Source: Enoplolaimus lenunculus
Lineage: Eukaryota
DNA: 64,000 bases
Assembly (NCBI GenBank): GCA_030248215.1
Contig: JASANG010002792.1
Location: forward strand, 248,001-312,000
Direction of reading: 5' to 3'
Under the pieces are notes generated by a model that made no database searches, was not told where the DNA came from, and saw only the letters and a list, made by a program, of their open reading frames with translations. The position numbers and the translations under genes are program-made. Shown here piece after piece: positions 12,001-23,181 of the stretch (positions within the stretch are counted from its first letter, which is position 1; each line of letters begins with the position of its first letter).

Positions 12001-15000
12001 CAAAGATAGCTGGTGATTCGTGCTTTAATGAAGTTTTGCGATATAGCTTCAATGAATTTTACATATAAAATATTACTAGAAACAGCAAAATTTAAATCCC
12101 TGCTAAATAAAGCACGGGCAGGACCTGACCAGAAATAAAACAGGCAATAGTGTAGGTTTTCCACCGTAGAACTTAAATGTTTGCCGCGGGTAAAACCTAA
12201 ATTTTTACCCGCGTGATAAAAATCTTTACCCGCGGATATACCCGGGCCTGAAAATTTTTTTACCCGACCGGCATTTAACCGCGGGTAAGCGCGGGTACTC
12301 ATGGGTAATGTCCCACTCTGATCCAAACCACAATGGCTTTACGTTCTGGTGTCCACCAGTATTTTAATACGTTTAAAAAGTTATAAAATTAGTTCCTGTG
12401 GACACCAGCGTTACCATAAAATTCCGATGGCAAACTATAAGCTGTAAACATTTTACCATTTGAGTAATTATCGCCATTGTTTTTTGAACTATTAATGTCG
12501 TAACAGTACCTTTGCAAAAATGACTACCTGATTAAACTGCCTTCGTATTAAGTTTAAGTAGGAATGATAATTGACCATTGAGGCGGCTTCCGTCCTAATT
12601 TGACAGACAAGATTTAATATCAACTGTTGTACTACGACTATATCCAAACGCGAGCTGCTAAGCTTGCTTCAAGCTTGCGGTGCATTCGGATAACGCTGCA
12701 GTGCTGTGCACGTTACTCAAGAACTTCCGCAGCGCACTCGTGCGCAACGCGTTGCTATCGCACTCGTTCCATACCTGTGCGTGCATTCATTTTTTATTCA
12801 CTTGTACAACAAGACAGCGATGCACTTGTGCGCGCATTCGCCTCACTTCGTTCGGCTCGCACAGGGTCTAAATGTTTAATAGATTTTAGACGAAAATAGA
12901 CATGTTGACGGTCGTTTACGTCATAACCTGTGATGTGACTTTTTGCGACTCTGAATATCAGTCTACCTCAAAGCTTTTGATGTACCTATGTGTAATTATC
13001 TGTTATCTCGTGGATGAATTAATAAAGTTTCCCTAAATTATCAGTTTGTTAAAGTGTCCCTTATGAGGGTATTATTTAAGCATTTTTCTGACGATTAAAA
13101 GCGTTGGTGAGTTATCTGTGTGCTAGTCATTCTGAAATTTAGATTGTGGAAATGGTAAGAGTATACACAATCAATCGTGTGTTAATCACCGAGTTCACTT
13201 CGGGTAACCTTATAATGACGCCCAACAATGCGGCGGAGCACGTCGAGTCGTACTGGGATTGCCAGAAAAGTCCAGCGAAGCAAATGTAAAGTGTTTCGAT
13301 AGGAATTTCACACGCTTAGGTATTTAAACGAGTCTGAGTGGCGCGAACGCTACTAACGGAAGGGCGGGCAAGAGAAATAGCTGGGGTCGCGGGGAACCAG
13401 AATGTGATGCAGTAAATTTTTGTTCCCTAAAACTCATGTTGCTGTATGTGCCTTCATTATCTTACATATTAATATATATGCATTCAAACGCCTAAATTCG
13501 TGGTGCTGCTTGGTGCGCTGCACTAAACACCTGTGCAAGCAAACGTACGGAAAGCAACCTGCAGCACAGGGCAGACACATGTAGGAATTGTAATGTGTAA
13601 GGCAGAACTGAAAGTACCCCATCTTACCCTTCACTGCAGAGAAATTCAAGTAAAATAAGACCGCCTGATTTGACAAATTCTTGGTATGTAGTTTTTAGAA
13701 CGGAATGGGTGGTTGTGCTGCGGTGATAAAGTTACCATAGATATGGGATCGCTGAATTTTTTTGGTTGGATTTAAGAGCTTTTATGAGATTAGTACTTTA
13801 CCTGGTTTAATGCTACTTGTCTTATATTACGACTATGTTGTTTTGTCATAACGCACGCACGACATCATTTGTATTCACAATTGTCGTAGATGTATAGCTG
13901 AGGGGCAGTGTAAGCTTAAGCGTGTTTTCGTTTAGGTTTAATTCTAGGCTTTGCTCTTTACGCTGTAAAGTTTAGGTTAAGGCTGGGGGCTTAGGAGTAT
14001 GCCTATACTATTGTTATGACCTTTATCCATACATGGGTCGCAGTATTTTAGGTCTAGCATCAGGCAATCAACCACCGAAGGTATCGTTCAAAGTCATCGC
14101 ACCGCAACTCGTGCTGCCAGGCACGGTATCAAAAGTTGCCAATGATGCTAAATCGAAATTTCAATCAGCGTTGCCAGAAAAAGCTGTTACAGTTGGCGAA
14201 AATGCACAAGAAGTTATTTGTTTAGACGATGACGGTGATAAAGGCCGAAAGACGGTAGTGGAAGGCAACAAAACGACCGGTGGTGAGGTTTGTGTCAAAG
14301 CTCAGCAGACGAGAACTTTTAATGTCGTTGATAGTAACGTTGGAGGTAAGCCACTTGATACCATGATTAATAAAACCGGAAATAGCAGCGGTTCAATGGG
14401 TACTTCGAAAAGTCGCGTGGCAGAATGGACAACGGTACGAATTGATTTGACTCAACCAAAACAACCAACAGTACTAACATCGGTTCGTTTGACACCGGTG
14501 TCCACGGCCGAATCAGTAGTCGCAAAATCTTCTGCCAAACCTTTACCTGCAACTGCATCGAATATTCCAACGTTATTTGGCCATAAAGCTAAAGCCCCTC
14601 CTGGTGTCGGAGTTTCTTATATGCCACATGTGTTAAAGTCATCAGTTGTAGTGCCGGCACAGTCATCTTCGATTGCACCATTATCTGGTGGACAATCGCA
14701 AATGGCGTCAGCAGCTTTGCATTATCCGTTTCCACCACCCACAGCTGTGGCACCGATTGTAAATGTGCCTGTAATGCCTCGAATTCCTGCTTCAATAGCC
14801 CCCAGTGCAAATTCGTTTCCACACGTTGGCAGCTTTTCCGTTCCGCCACCGGCGTCTTTGGCGATCCCTCCGGTTTCAGACCCCTCTTGTGTCGCGCAGT
14901 ACATGCCAAGTATACCTCCTCCAATAATCCCCGGGCCATCTGGCGTAGCAAACAGCGGAACCGGACTAGCGACTGGTTTAGGGCAACAAGAAATTTCAAC

Positions 15001-17558
15001 TTTAGAAACTTCATACTCAAGTTACAATATTGGTTTGTCGCAGAGAAATTACCGCGGCAAAGATCAGTCGAGTAATTTTAAACAAGAAGAAGCAAAGAAT
15101 CGTCGCACGAGGAATGAATCAGGTTAGTTTTGCACAAAGAGGCATTGGTGTTTTATATTAGCTACAATAATGGTATGGAATGGAAACACTTATTCGGTAT
15201 GATTGATTTTGAAATGAATTGCTATTATACGGTTTTTATGGCTAAGATGTTTATAGGGCACGATACGATATTTTTTACCGCACACCGGGTCCGGATAGTA
15301 AATTTTTTACCGGAAGCGAAGGTTAACCGAATATAGCATCTAAATATGTGCACTAAAATATGTTTACTGAAATGTTGTTAGTTTTGATTTTTCATTTCGA
15401 TATTGGGCACTAGAACGTATTGCCTCCTAATACCAACACTTGACTGCGCCTTAGCAAAGTTGTTTCGAGTGGGTTTTACATAGTTGTAAAAATATTTTTG
15501 GTAGTTTATGGCAGTTCTGTGACTTAAATTCCACTGAGTTTTGGTGGCATCAGAATTACATTTCCTTCAAGGGACACCAGAAGTCGAGGATTCGGCAAAT
15601 GTATGACTGTATTTACAAAAAAGCTATGAAAAATTAAAAAACTATGAAAAATTTAGAAAAACTATAAAAACAAAAAAAACTACGGAAAAAGCATTACAAA
15701 TAGTTTCTTTTGAAAATTTTAATTTTTTTTTGGTGATGGCCAAAAATTGACCGAGACCGAGCCTTTTCTGAATTTAATGCTTTCAGTGAATATATAGCAT
15801 TATTACCATTTCGCGCATAGCATTTGAATAAGCGTAGTTTTTGCTAACTATGAAATAAGCTTTTTCTATTTTTGTACATTTTGCACATTTTTAGGCGGTT
15901 CAAATGACAGTAGCAGTGATAACGGTGATATTGCCATTGTTGATGAAAAAGTTAAACCAATGGAACGGAACCGGCATAGTTACAAAAACTTAGAGCGACC
16001 AGGAGAAACACGAACAGAAAATCGATTTTCAGGAATTTTTGCGCATTTAGATACTAGCATTCTGAGCGCAGATATCGTTAGCGGCACTGTTGCTAGTAAG
16101 AATAGGTCTTATGGGGCTGAAACAGAGTATGACGATTCCGTTAGCGGTCGAAGCAAACAACTGCTGCAAGCGTCTCTCGGTTCTGGTAAGAAAACTAGTG
16201 GCAGCGATTATTTGAATAGGTCATCCGAAAGATCTTTGTCTAAAAGACGTCGTAGTCCGTCGCCATCGACATCGGAAAAGACTGCAAAACATTCTCGGAA
16301 TGAAGATTTGTCAAAGGAACAATATGAAGAATTTGACAGTTTGCTTAAGATGCTTTCTGACAGCGATCGTGATCAAGTAACGGACCGCGGACGGCTAAGA
16401 GCAAAGCTTATGGCTGCTACTGAAGACGGAAACTCCGAGGATAGAAGCCAGCGACTGGAAAACCGTTTACGACAACAGTCACCGTCCGCATTCACCGATG
16501 ATATCTTGCGGTCAAAAAGATACGACAGCATTGAGGATTTGTTGTCTGATCGTAAAAAGTCAAAAACTAGAGAATCGTCGAGCCTGGACACTGAATTTCT
16601 GATGCGTGAATTGTTACGGCGACAGCAATCAGACAGTACTGAGGCAGCGTTAATTCGGCTGATGATTGCCGAGAAAGAACAACAGCGTGCACAAGAAGAA
16701 CGTCAGCGCGCATTAATGGATGCAATTACATTGTCGTTGAAACAACAGAAACAACAAAAGCATGACAAAGAATCCTTGCGATCTCAAAACTATAAAGGCA
16801 GAAGCGATAGCGGTATGGCGGGGAGATTGCTTCAAGAATATCCCGGTTTGTTGTCAATGCTGAACAAAACAACAGGATCTGAAGCCGTTGATGGTAGCAA
16901 TGTAGCGAGTGTTGTAGAGAAAATGCTCGCAGGAGGAAAGGATAAAATTCGTGGAGAACGACTTGCTTATCAAGAAGGTGAAATGGAGCGTAGTGGCCGA
17001 AGAGAGAATTTGTTCGGAGAACGTAACCAACCGCATCTGAACGTCACTGCTCGAGGCGCTGATGAGAAAGATTTGGTTGCAAGCGCTGCAATGAATGTTT
17101 TGTCGATGACTCGAGACAAAGTGCAAAGTATAGCGGGCGGTAATGGTGGTCTCCCAGCGACGCCAGGAGTTTCCGGTTCACTCCCCGAGGATATAATGCG
17201 AAACTACTTAGCGCAAGGCAGTAATTTTGCCCCAATGATTGCTGCAAGAGGCAACGCCGCTTTTACTGGCACAGGAACCGGATTCCATGGAGAGATTCCG
17301 CCTCATTTATTGCCTGGTGTACCTGGAGCTGATTTTTTTGCGACTAATAATATTAATTCGGGACAATTCGCTTCAGTTGTACCGAATGCGGGTTTGCCAC
17401 AACAGGCGTACCCGGCACAGCTATCTGGTTCTGTTGGTTCAATGTTAAATCAATCAGTTCCAGAAGTAATGCAAAGTAATGTTAATCCTCACGGTGCATC
17501 GTGCAGTTACCTGCAAAATATTTCGCGCCTAATCGAACAAAACAGATTCCCCAGGTAG
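1..17558 (+). CDS. Uncharacterised multi-exon protein with a matrin/U1-like C2H2 zinc finger and long low-complexity C-terminus, 5'-partial
   Basis: Phase-consistent GT-AG exons: <2-95, 1092-1178, 1532-1645, 1885-1977, 2316-2405, 2804-2943, 7290-7515, 14052-15122, 15895-17558 (TAG). The spliced product contains EEPLIGIWLVYE...YLCRICKCRLMADKVVDHVTGTNHRLVYVQQHYP...KIENREG. Joining the last two exons to the zinc-finger exons rests on phase match only. Confidence 0.75.
491..927 (+). mobile_element. Helentron/DINE-1-like (HINE) element, 3'-truncated copy with about 3 internal tandem units
   Basis: Shares the 5' end ACCAGT(C/T)GTAGTGGG..TGAGCGAAGCTC and the ~140-175 bp internal unit GCTAATATGCAAATTAGCTATTAGCTAAC...ATCGGTTTT with 9512-10556. 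Confidence 0.65.
2452..2655. repeat. Degenerate ~18-bp minisatellite, consensus TGGGGTGAAACCAACCGT, about 11 units
   Basis: Recurrent TGG.GTGAAA(C/T)C core with 15-21 bp spacing inside intron 2406-2803. Confidence 0.85.
2804..2943 (+). CDS. Exon encoding C-x2-C-x11-H-x5-H zinc finger (matrin/U1-like)
   Basis: ttctag acceptor, gtatgt donor; YLCRICKCRLMADKVVDHVTGTNHR. Confidence 0.85.
3380..3599. mobile_element. Tourist/PIF-Harbinger-like MITE, degenerate
   Basis: Imperfect TIR (AGCCCGTATTCTCAAAA versus TTTTAAAATATGGGTCT), subterminal palindromes CTATCA...TGATAG at both ends, TTA-type flanks. Confidence 0.5.
4984..5094 (-). repeat. tRNA-derived repeat (Thr-GGT-like pseudo-tRNA plus 3' tail), copy 1
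   Basis: The minus strand of 5023-5094 reads GGCTGCGTATCTCAGTGGTTAGAGCAGCGTACCGGTAATCCGTACGTCGTGGGTTTGAGCCGCACCGCATCC: a cloverleaf-like layout with A box and degenerate B box; the tail GCAGCAAAATTTTCGTGAAGGG is shared with the other copies. Confidence 0.8.
6029..6481. mobile_element. hAT-type MITE
   Basis: Perfect 8-bp TSD TGTCGTTG (6021-6028, 6482-6489); TIR core GTGCGACCGGATAT; subterminal CCGGA(T/A) repeats. Confidence 0.85.
7290..7515 (+). CDS. Exon following the zinc finger (QQHYP...KIENREG)
   Basis: ttgcag acceptor followed by CAGCAG (possible NAGNAG), gttagt donor, open frame, phase 0 to 1. Confidence 0.8.
7594..7983. mobile_element. hAT-type MITE, CAGGGTGCAACCGGAAT family
   Basis: TIR CAGGGTGCAACCGGAATT / AATTCCGGTTGCACCCTG; perfect 8-bp TSD GTTCTTTG; ACCGGA subterminal repeats. 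Confidence 0.92.
9512..10556 (+). mobile_element. Helentron/DINE-1-like (HINE) element, longest copy, about 5 internal tandem units
   Basis: Units start near 9570, 9720, 9859, 10028 and 10203; CGGACGGACAAACGGACAT microsatellite near 10470; GCTTCGCGAAAC 3' block. Repeat status is certain; the family assignment is inferred from structure. Confidence 0.65.
11856..12320. mobile_element. hAT-type MITE with TACCCGCG subterminal repeats
   Basis: TSD ATCGAAAC/ATCCAAAC (7 of 8); ends CACAGTAGGA / TCCCACTCTG; many ACCCG motifs. Confidence 0.7.
14052..15122 (+). CDS. Large Pro/Ser/Val-rich exon
   Basis: Inside the 364-aa ORF 14033-15127; ttttag acceptor at 14051, gttagt donor at 15123; phase 1 to 1. 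Confidence 0.88.
15895..17558 (+). CDS. Large terminal exon: Arg/Ser/charged region, putative coiled coil, Gly/Pro/Asn-rich tail
   Basis: Contains the 532-aa ORF 15960-17558; tttttag acceptor at 15894 extends the frame upstream; ends at TAG. Confidence 0.88.
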
Positions 17559-18989
17559 ACTGTTACTTTGCAGTTAATTGCAAATTAAAGCTTTTGAGTT
17601 AGGTATTTGAAAAAATAATTCGTTCTTTTGAGGTAAAGCATTTGAGCAAAGAGAACATGAATAGTGTAAGAGCAAGTTTTGACATTATGTCACTCCATGC
17701 TATGTGTTAAAAAATATATAGCAAGCAAAGGCAGAATCTCGCAAATAGGTCGTGCTGTTAATTTTAATTTTATGGTACTTTTACGAGCAACATCACTGTT
17801 AACTTTCTGTTTTGGCAGCACGCGGTGTGTAAAAGCGCTCTTCGTTCAGTTTTGTGGATAACTGTTTAATTGCTCTGATTTTGCATATGTTAAAATATAC
17901 TACACTGAAACGTAAGTGTGTACTTACACTGATGAGGTGAAAAATACTGGAGCCGGGGTCAGCAATACTTGCCAGAGCTGGAGCTGAGGCGAAATTATGT
18001 AGTTAAAATGTTTCATTTGATAATTATAGCAAATATCTGTAATGTGTTGTTAAATCGTTTGGTTTTACGCTTACAAAATTCTGGCAAATTCTTTCCTCAA
18101 AATTGTAACAAAAGTTAAAGCAGGACGCACTGGACAGAAAATTTTGTATAACTGAAATTTCAGTACCAAAATTGCCGGTACCTCCGGCATAAATTCTACT
18201 GTAGCCGAAGGTCGATTTTCTGCCGGAGCCGGAGGCAGACCTACGGTTGTACCTTGGTGTGTATGGCCGAATTAAAGCTGTGAAGTTTTGTTTCTTCCCC
18301 GGTCCAATAATTGCTCTGACATAGTACAATAGCACTGACAAGATGTTTATGTCAGTTCATGTACTTCATGGATTTTTTAATTGAGACTGGTCTGGCAGCT
18401 AGGAATACATGTTGAGTTTTGAATTATTCGCAAGCGGAAAGTATGAAACAATTCGTTAATTTACGTGCTCCAGTGAAATATTTTTGCTTTCTCGAGTTCA
18501 AAAGGGTGGCTCAATTGCTATTCCCATGATTCGCCCGAACACATTAAATCCCCGTGCAACAGCCGTAGTGGTTTTTGGACCATATTGGCCTTTTGTATGT
18601 AGATCATGTTGCCGTTAAAATGTATGCTTTCTTCGATGAATAAAAATATATTTGTGTTTCTGTATAAATCTGCAGGTTACGTCAAAATCTTAATCATAGT
18701 CTTTAGTTATATAATTTCAAAATCTACTGAACTGCGACGTGAAACAAAATTTTATTGAAGCCGGATATCGAGGTTCTGTCTGATCTGCACTCAGTTTAAC
18801 CGTAAATTTAGTGTTAGGTGAAAAGTTTCTAAAGACGACCGCACAAACCGTCAATTGCTTTGTTTGTTAGGTTCCTACACGAGCACATTTTTCTGACATC
18901 TAAAAGTACTCCTATATGTGGTTAAAACACAACTTTTTTAGCTTTTTACTTCGAGACCTGTCTCGGTTTGTGTAATTTTAATAACATGT

Positions 18990-19472
18990 CAGGGTGGAAC
19001 CGGATATCCGTTTCCGGGAAAAATCAGTGTCCATTTCATTTATAGAAATGGCGAGACACGGTTTGTCTAATGTTGATTCGACATTAACGTTAAAATTCGG
19101 GCTCTGATTTATATCGTATAACAGACAAAACTCGAGTGTCATATGACATTAGCTTACAAACCACCGCTCTCAGAAAATCAATGTTTACAAGACTCGGTAT
19201 GTCACGTGATACTGTGAGGGATTTATGCGAATTTCATATGGTATTCAAAATTTCAATCAATATGATATTCAGCGGTACAGTGTGCCTTTGGGTGCTAATA
19301 AATGAATAAAAAGTTGGACGGCATCGGCACAAATGTGTTATACCAAATACACGCCTGCAAATCGTTTCCGACATAAAATCGCTTCACTACAGTGCCTGAA
19401 CTTCAGCCTATGTGCCGGCTAAGACAAAGTATATCTCCGGCGCCGGTATTTTTTACCACCGACTGCACCCTG
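18990..19472. mobile_element. Degenerate CAGGGTG-family MITE
   Basis: Ends CAGGGTGGAACCGG and CCGACTGCACCCTG; no recognisable TSD. Confidence 0.5.
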
Positions 19473-19721
19473 ATCTGACGCAGTGTTTGAAAATATTTTT
19501 TACTCTAGCTACACACCGTTTTTATCACTTTGCTAGCTTACAAAGCTATACACTGCAAAAAATGGTGAGTCAAATTGGCTCTATCCGAAATAGGCTTCCA
19601 GACAGCACGTGGCTCTGCCACTCTTAAACCTTATTTCATTCTAAAAACTGATACAAATTAAATCCAAACCTTACACCACATCTTCTAGTCTCTTCGAACT
19701 CAAGTTAGGCTTAGGCGTTGC

Positions 19722-19911
19722 GGCCCATGTATAGAACAGGGCCGAAACAAAAGTGTAAGCATATTCCTATAACGCTAAACCTAAGCCTAAGCGTATGGAT
19801 GAACCTATTCCTTAGCGTAAGCGTAAGCCTAAGCAAAAAATTAGTCTAAAGCTTAAACTGACTGTATTATAGCCCCTACGGAAAATGATCCGGCCCTGTT
19901 CTATATGGGCC
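19722..19911. mobile_element. 190-bp MITE, Merlin-like (GG..CC ends, 8-bp TSD), with internal telomere-like GCCTAA repeats
   Basis: TIR GGCCCAT(GT)ATAGAACAGGGCCG / CGGCCCTGTTCTATATGGGCC; perfect TSD GGCGTTGC at 19714-19721 and 19912-19919. Confidence 0.82.
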
Positions 19912-20847
19912 GGCGTTGCTACAATGCGGAAAAATGATAAAATCGATGTAATGGCGGCTGTGTCCGCAATGTAAAACTTACCGGGGCCTTCCGTGGCCAT
20001 TGAATAGTATTTCATATGTTATTGACTAGCACTGCGGTTAACAACAGCTAGGCTATGTCAGCAACCAACATGGGTGTCTTATTGTTGTTGCACGGTGTAG
20101 TGAGTGTACAGGATGGGTGGCTCTAGACGTAATTTGGCATCGGCGGACACCCAACTGTGGGCGTCGGTCTGTATGCAATTTCAAAATTTAAGTACGCTAT
20201 AAAGTTTCGAACTCAAATTATTTGGTCCTGGTGCCATTTATGCGCTACAATTAGGGTTAATTCACATTTATGGACTCTAATTAAGGTTTAGGGACTCTAT
20301 CCGCTTACGGACTTAGTCGTAGTTTAGTGAATGTAAGGGGATTAGATTTACTATTCTACATCGGATTGTTCCAAATCTAACGGGGCTAAATAGGTCAGAA
20401 ATTTAGTGCAACTCTAACGGGGTTAGAGTGCACGGTTTGGAAACTTGGGGTAAAATTGGCTGTAATTCTAACGGGGTTAGAATTGCACAGTTTTCTGGGG
20501 AATCATAGTTTGGTATTTATGAGCCAGCGGCTGGATTAAAACAGATTCAGGCATCGGTTCTAAGGATTCCGGATCAGGTTACAGTTTGGACATTATACTC
20601 GTATCCTACTTGTGATAATCAGTGCTATAAAGGTATTGTGGAGGGCTAGTAAATATTAACCGGCCGCGTCATTGAATCAGAGCGATACGCGAACATCGGG
20701 AAAGAACAGAATTAGTGGTGTGATTCCGGGTTTACTGAGTATAGCCAAAATCACGAACTTCTCACACGGACTACACAGAGTCATATTCGACCACTGAGTC
20801 GGTCAGGAGAGGCGGCACAAATTATATGACCAACGCTATATATTTAA

Positions 20848-21110
20848 CCCTTTCTCACATGAATATTTTCTATTTCCCCTGAGACCTACTTTTATGCTAG
20901 GATTCGAACTCCAGTGACTGGAGTGGGAGGGGTATACCATCACCACTCAGCTATAGGAGCTTGACGCTCGAGCCCGAGGGGGCTCTCACGTCTTGTGGTG
21001 ATTTAGAACTATATATACGTGTTGTATATGTTAAACACGGTGCGATATATACTATTTAACGTATATACACTGCGCTGAGTTGCCTACAGGCAACTCAATG
21101 TGAGAAGGGG
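20848..21110. mobile_element. 263-bp piggyBac-type MITE containing a tRNA-like A/B box module
   Basis: TTAA on both sides (20844-20847, 21111-21114); TIR CCCTTTCTCACAT / ATGTGAGAAGGGG; the minus strand of 20896-20960 has TAGCTGAGTGG and GTTCGAATCC. Confidence 0.8.
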
Positions 21111-21622
21111 TTAAATTTCTGACGCCCCAAACCATAAAGCAATAGCGCATAAACGATTATAACAGTGACAATTATCAACTGTACTGGCACAGCTGTTACT
21201 CTGAAGGGCAAGCCAGCCATTTTTTCACTGATTACCCAACATTACGGTAGGGGAGTAGGTCTGGAGTGTATATATATATACATATTGCACAGTATGAACG
21301 AATTCAAACAAAGCAAATCAGTTTTGGTGAAAATGCTAAATTGTTAGATTCTTTAATTTTGGTGGGCATAAAATAAGACGTTTTTTGCAACCCAATTAAA
21401 CCTAACGCACAACGATTTTACTGACGATTTACATTGGTTAAATCTCACAATAGAATTAAGTTAAAAATTGAAACACAAGACGCACAAAGTAAACATTTGT
21501 CATACATGTGCACACCGATTGTTGATTTTTGTTCAATTTATCTGCAAATTGAAGCGTTAACATTTTCTTATTGTTAACACGTAACTGGAACAAACCAACC
21601 CTTCAAGCAATGATATTGCAAC

Positions 21623-23181
21623 TATGGATGGGCACCGGATATCCAAAATATCCGAATATGTATCTGAAAAGAAACGTATCCGGATGTACGAAATGCTACT
21701 GCGTTAATTTTTTGGAATAATTTGTATTGTTTCACGAGTTAAAATATTGAACCACATTCCTGCATAATTCCATGAAATTTTGATTTCCTAAAAATATGCC
21801 AAAATTAAGAAAACGTAAGTTTAGCTTGATATTTATCGAAATAATGACTTAGTATTTTACATTATCTCAAAATTAACCCACTGAAAAACTTACATCGAAT
21901 ACGCACCGACAAGTGCTAAAAATTTATTACCTTTGCAAGAAACAAAATCTGCACGTATACATACCAAGCGACGTCATGAGATTACTTACATACTGGGCGA
22001 CATTTTAAATTCTAACGCACTTGATTAAATAAGACGCCAAGCCTAACTGGGAATGATGCTAATTAGTAAAAGGCCAGCTTGCAAATCGAGCAATCTGTAA
22101 AGGGCAGGCACATTTGAATTTCTCATGACACAGAACCCATGAGCTGATAACGTTTCAATTCAAACCCCCCAAGCTAAGCGACTTTCGTCTTATATACACC
22201 TAAACAGTCCAAAAGTAGTTTATCAGTGATTCTAGCTGTCTGATATGAACAGATTAGTGGGGTTGGAGGGGCGAAGACCTCATCTTGCTCAGTGTCCTAT
22301 CAAAATGCGGAAGACTCAAGGAAGCCACAGCCAGCCTCCCCTGAGAGAGAAAAAGCACAAAATTGATTCAAAAAGTTTGGTTGTTAAAGAAAAAGTTTCC
22401 TCCTAAATTTGTGTCATGAAGTTAACAGTAAATTCGGCGCGTTAAACCAGTCATCAAACGCAATGATGGCACAATTCAACTCAGCGCGTCGCTTTGCACA
22501 GTAATATTAACGAAAAAATAGATGTGTATAACTTTGCAATTTTCTTCCCCCAAAAGTTATATATTTTGTAAACAAATGATTACGGCCCAACCTTAAAATC
22601 TTACCCCCTCGGAAAAATTTTTTGATGAAAAATTGCGTTTCAAAACATTTGCAAGTCTGCCCCGTCAGAAATTTATGGATCCTAAGCTGAAAGCAGGGAA
22701 CCACTAAAACTAACATGGGCTGATGTTTGTACGATTTAGTGTATGTATATTTTAATGTAGCTCTTTCGTCTTGGAACATAAAACGACTCATGTATATATT
22801 GTTCGAGGGAAGGGTGACATTTGATAGAATCGTAGACAAACCAAATCAAATCAATCTTAGGTGGCCAAAGCAAGTATTTATTAGTCAGTAGCAGTCTTCT
22901 AAACCGAATAACCAGCGCTATTGAAGTAGTTACAAAATAAAAATACTATTTTTAGAATTGTATGTTTTACTCTCATAGCAATCAGCTTGTGGGCCACGGT
23001 GCTTCCCTTACAGCAACAAGTTAAAACAAGTGGTTGAGAAACGAAAATTGAGGTTCAGAAACCCAAAAAATCGTAAAATCGAGTTTCGGATATCCGAAAT
23101 ATAAAATTTAATTTCGGATATCCGGGTATCTGGATATATGCGGATATTCGGAAATGAAAAAATATCCGATGCCCATCACTA
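21623..23181. mobile_element. 1.56-kb non-autonomous hAT-type element
   Basis: Perfect TSD ATTGCAAC (21615-21622, 23182-23189); TIR TATGGATGGGCACCGGATAT / ATATCCGATGCCCATCACTA; TATCCG subterminal repeats; no transposase ORF. Confidence 0.85.

Noticed and set aside
14367..17247. Antisense ORFs overlapping the two large plus-strand exons
   Set aside because: Typical shadow ORFs of GC-richer coding sequence, with no recognisable motifs.
17601..17690. Spliced-leader RNA-like segment (TTTGAG|GTAAA with a hairpin)
   Set aside because: Lies directly in the presumed 3' UTR, does not match the SL1 leader and has no convincing Sm site.
17900..17945. Hammerhead-like CTGATGA and GAAA motifs
   Set aside because: Only one helix is present; no stem II or cleavage-site helix can form.
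21623..23181. Transposase remnant inside the 1.56-kb hAT-type element
   Set aside because: No ORF with BED finger, DDE or hAT dimerisation motifs is visible.
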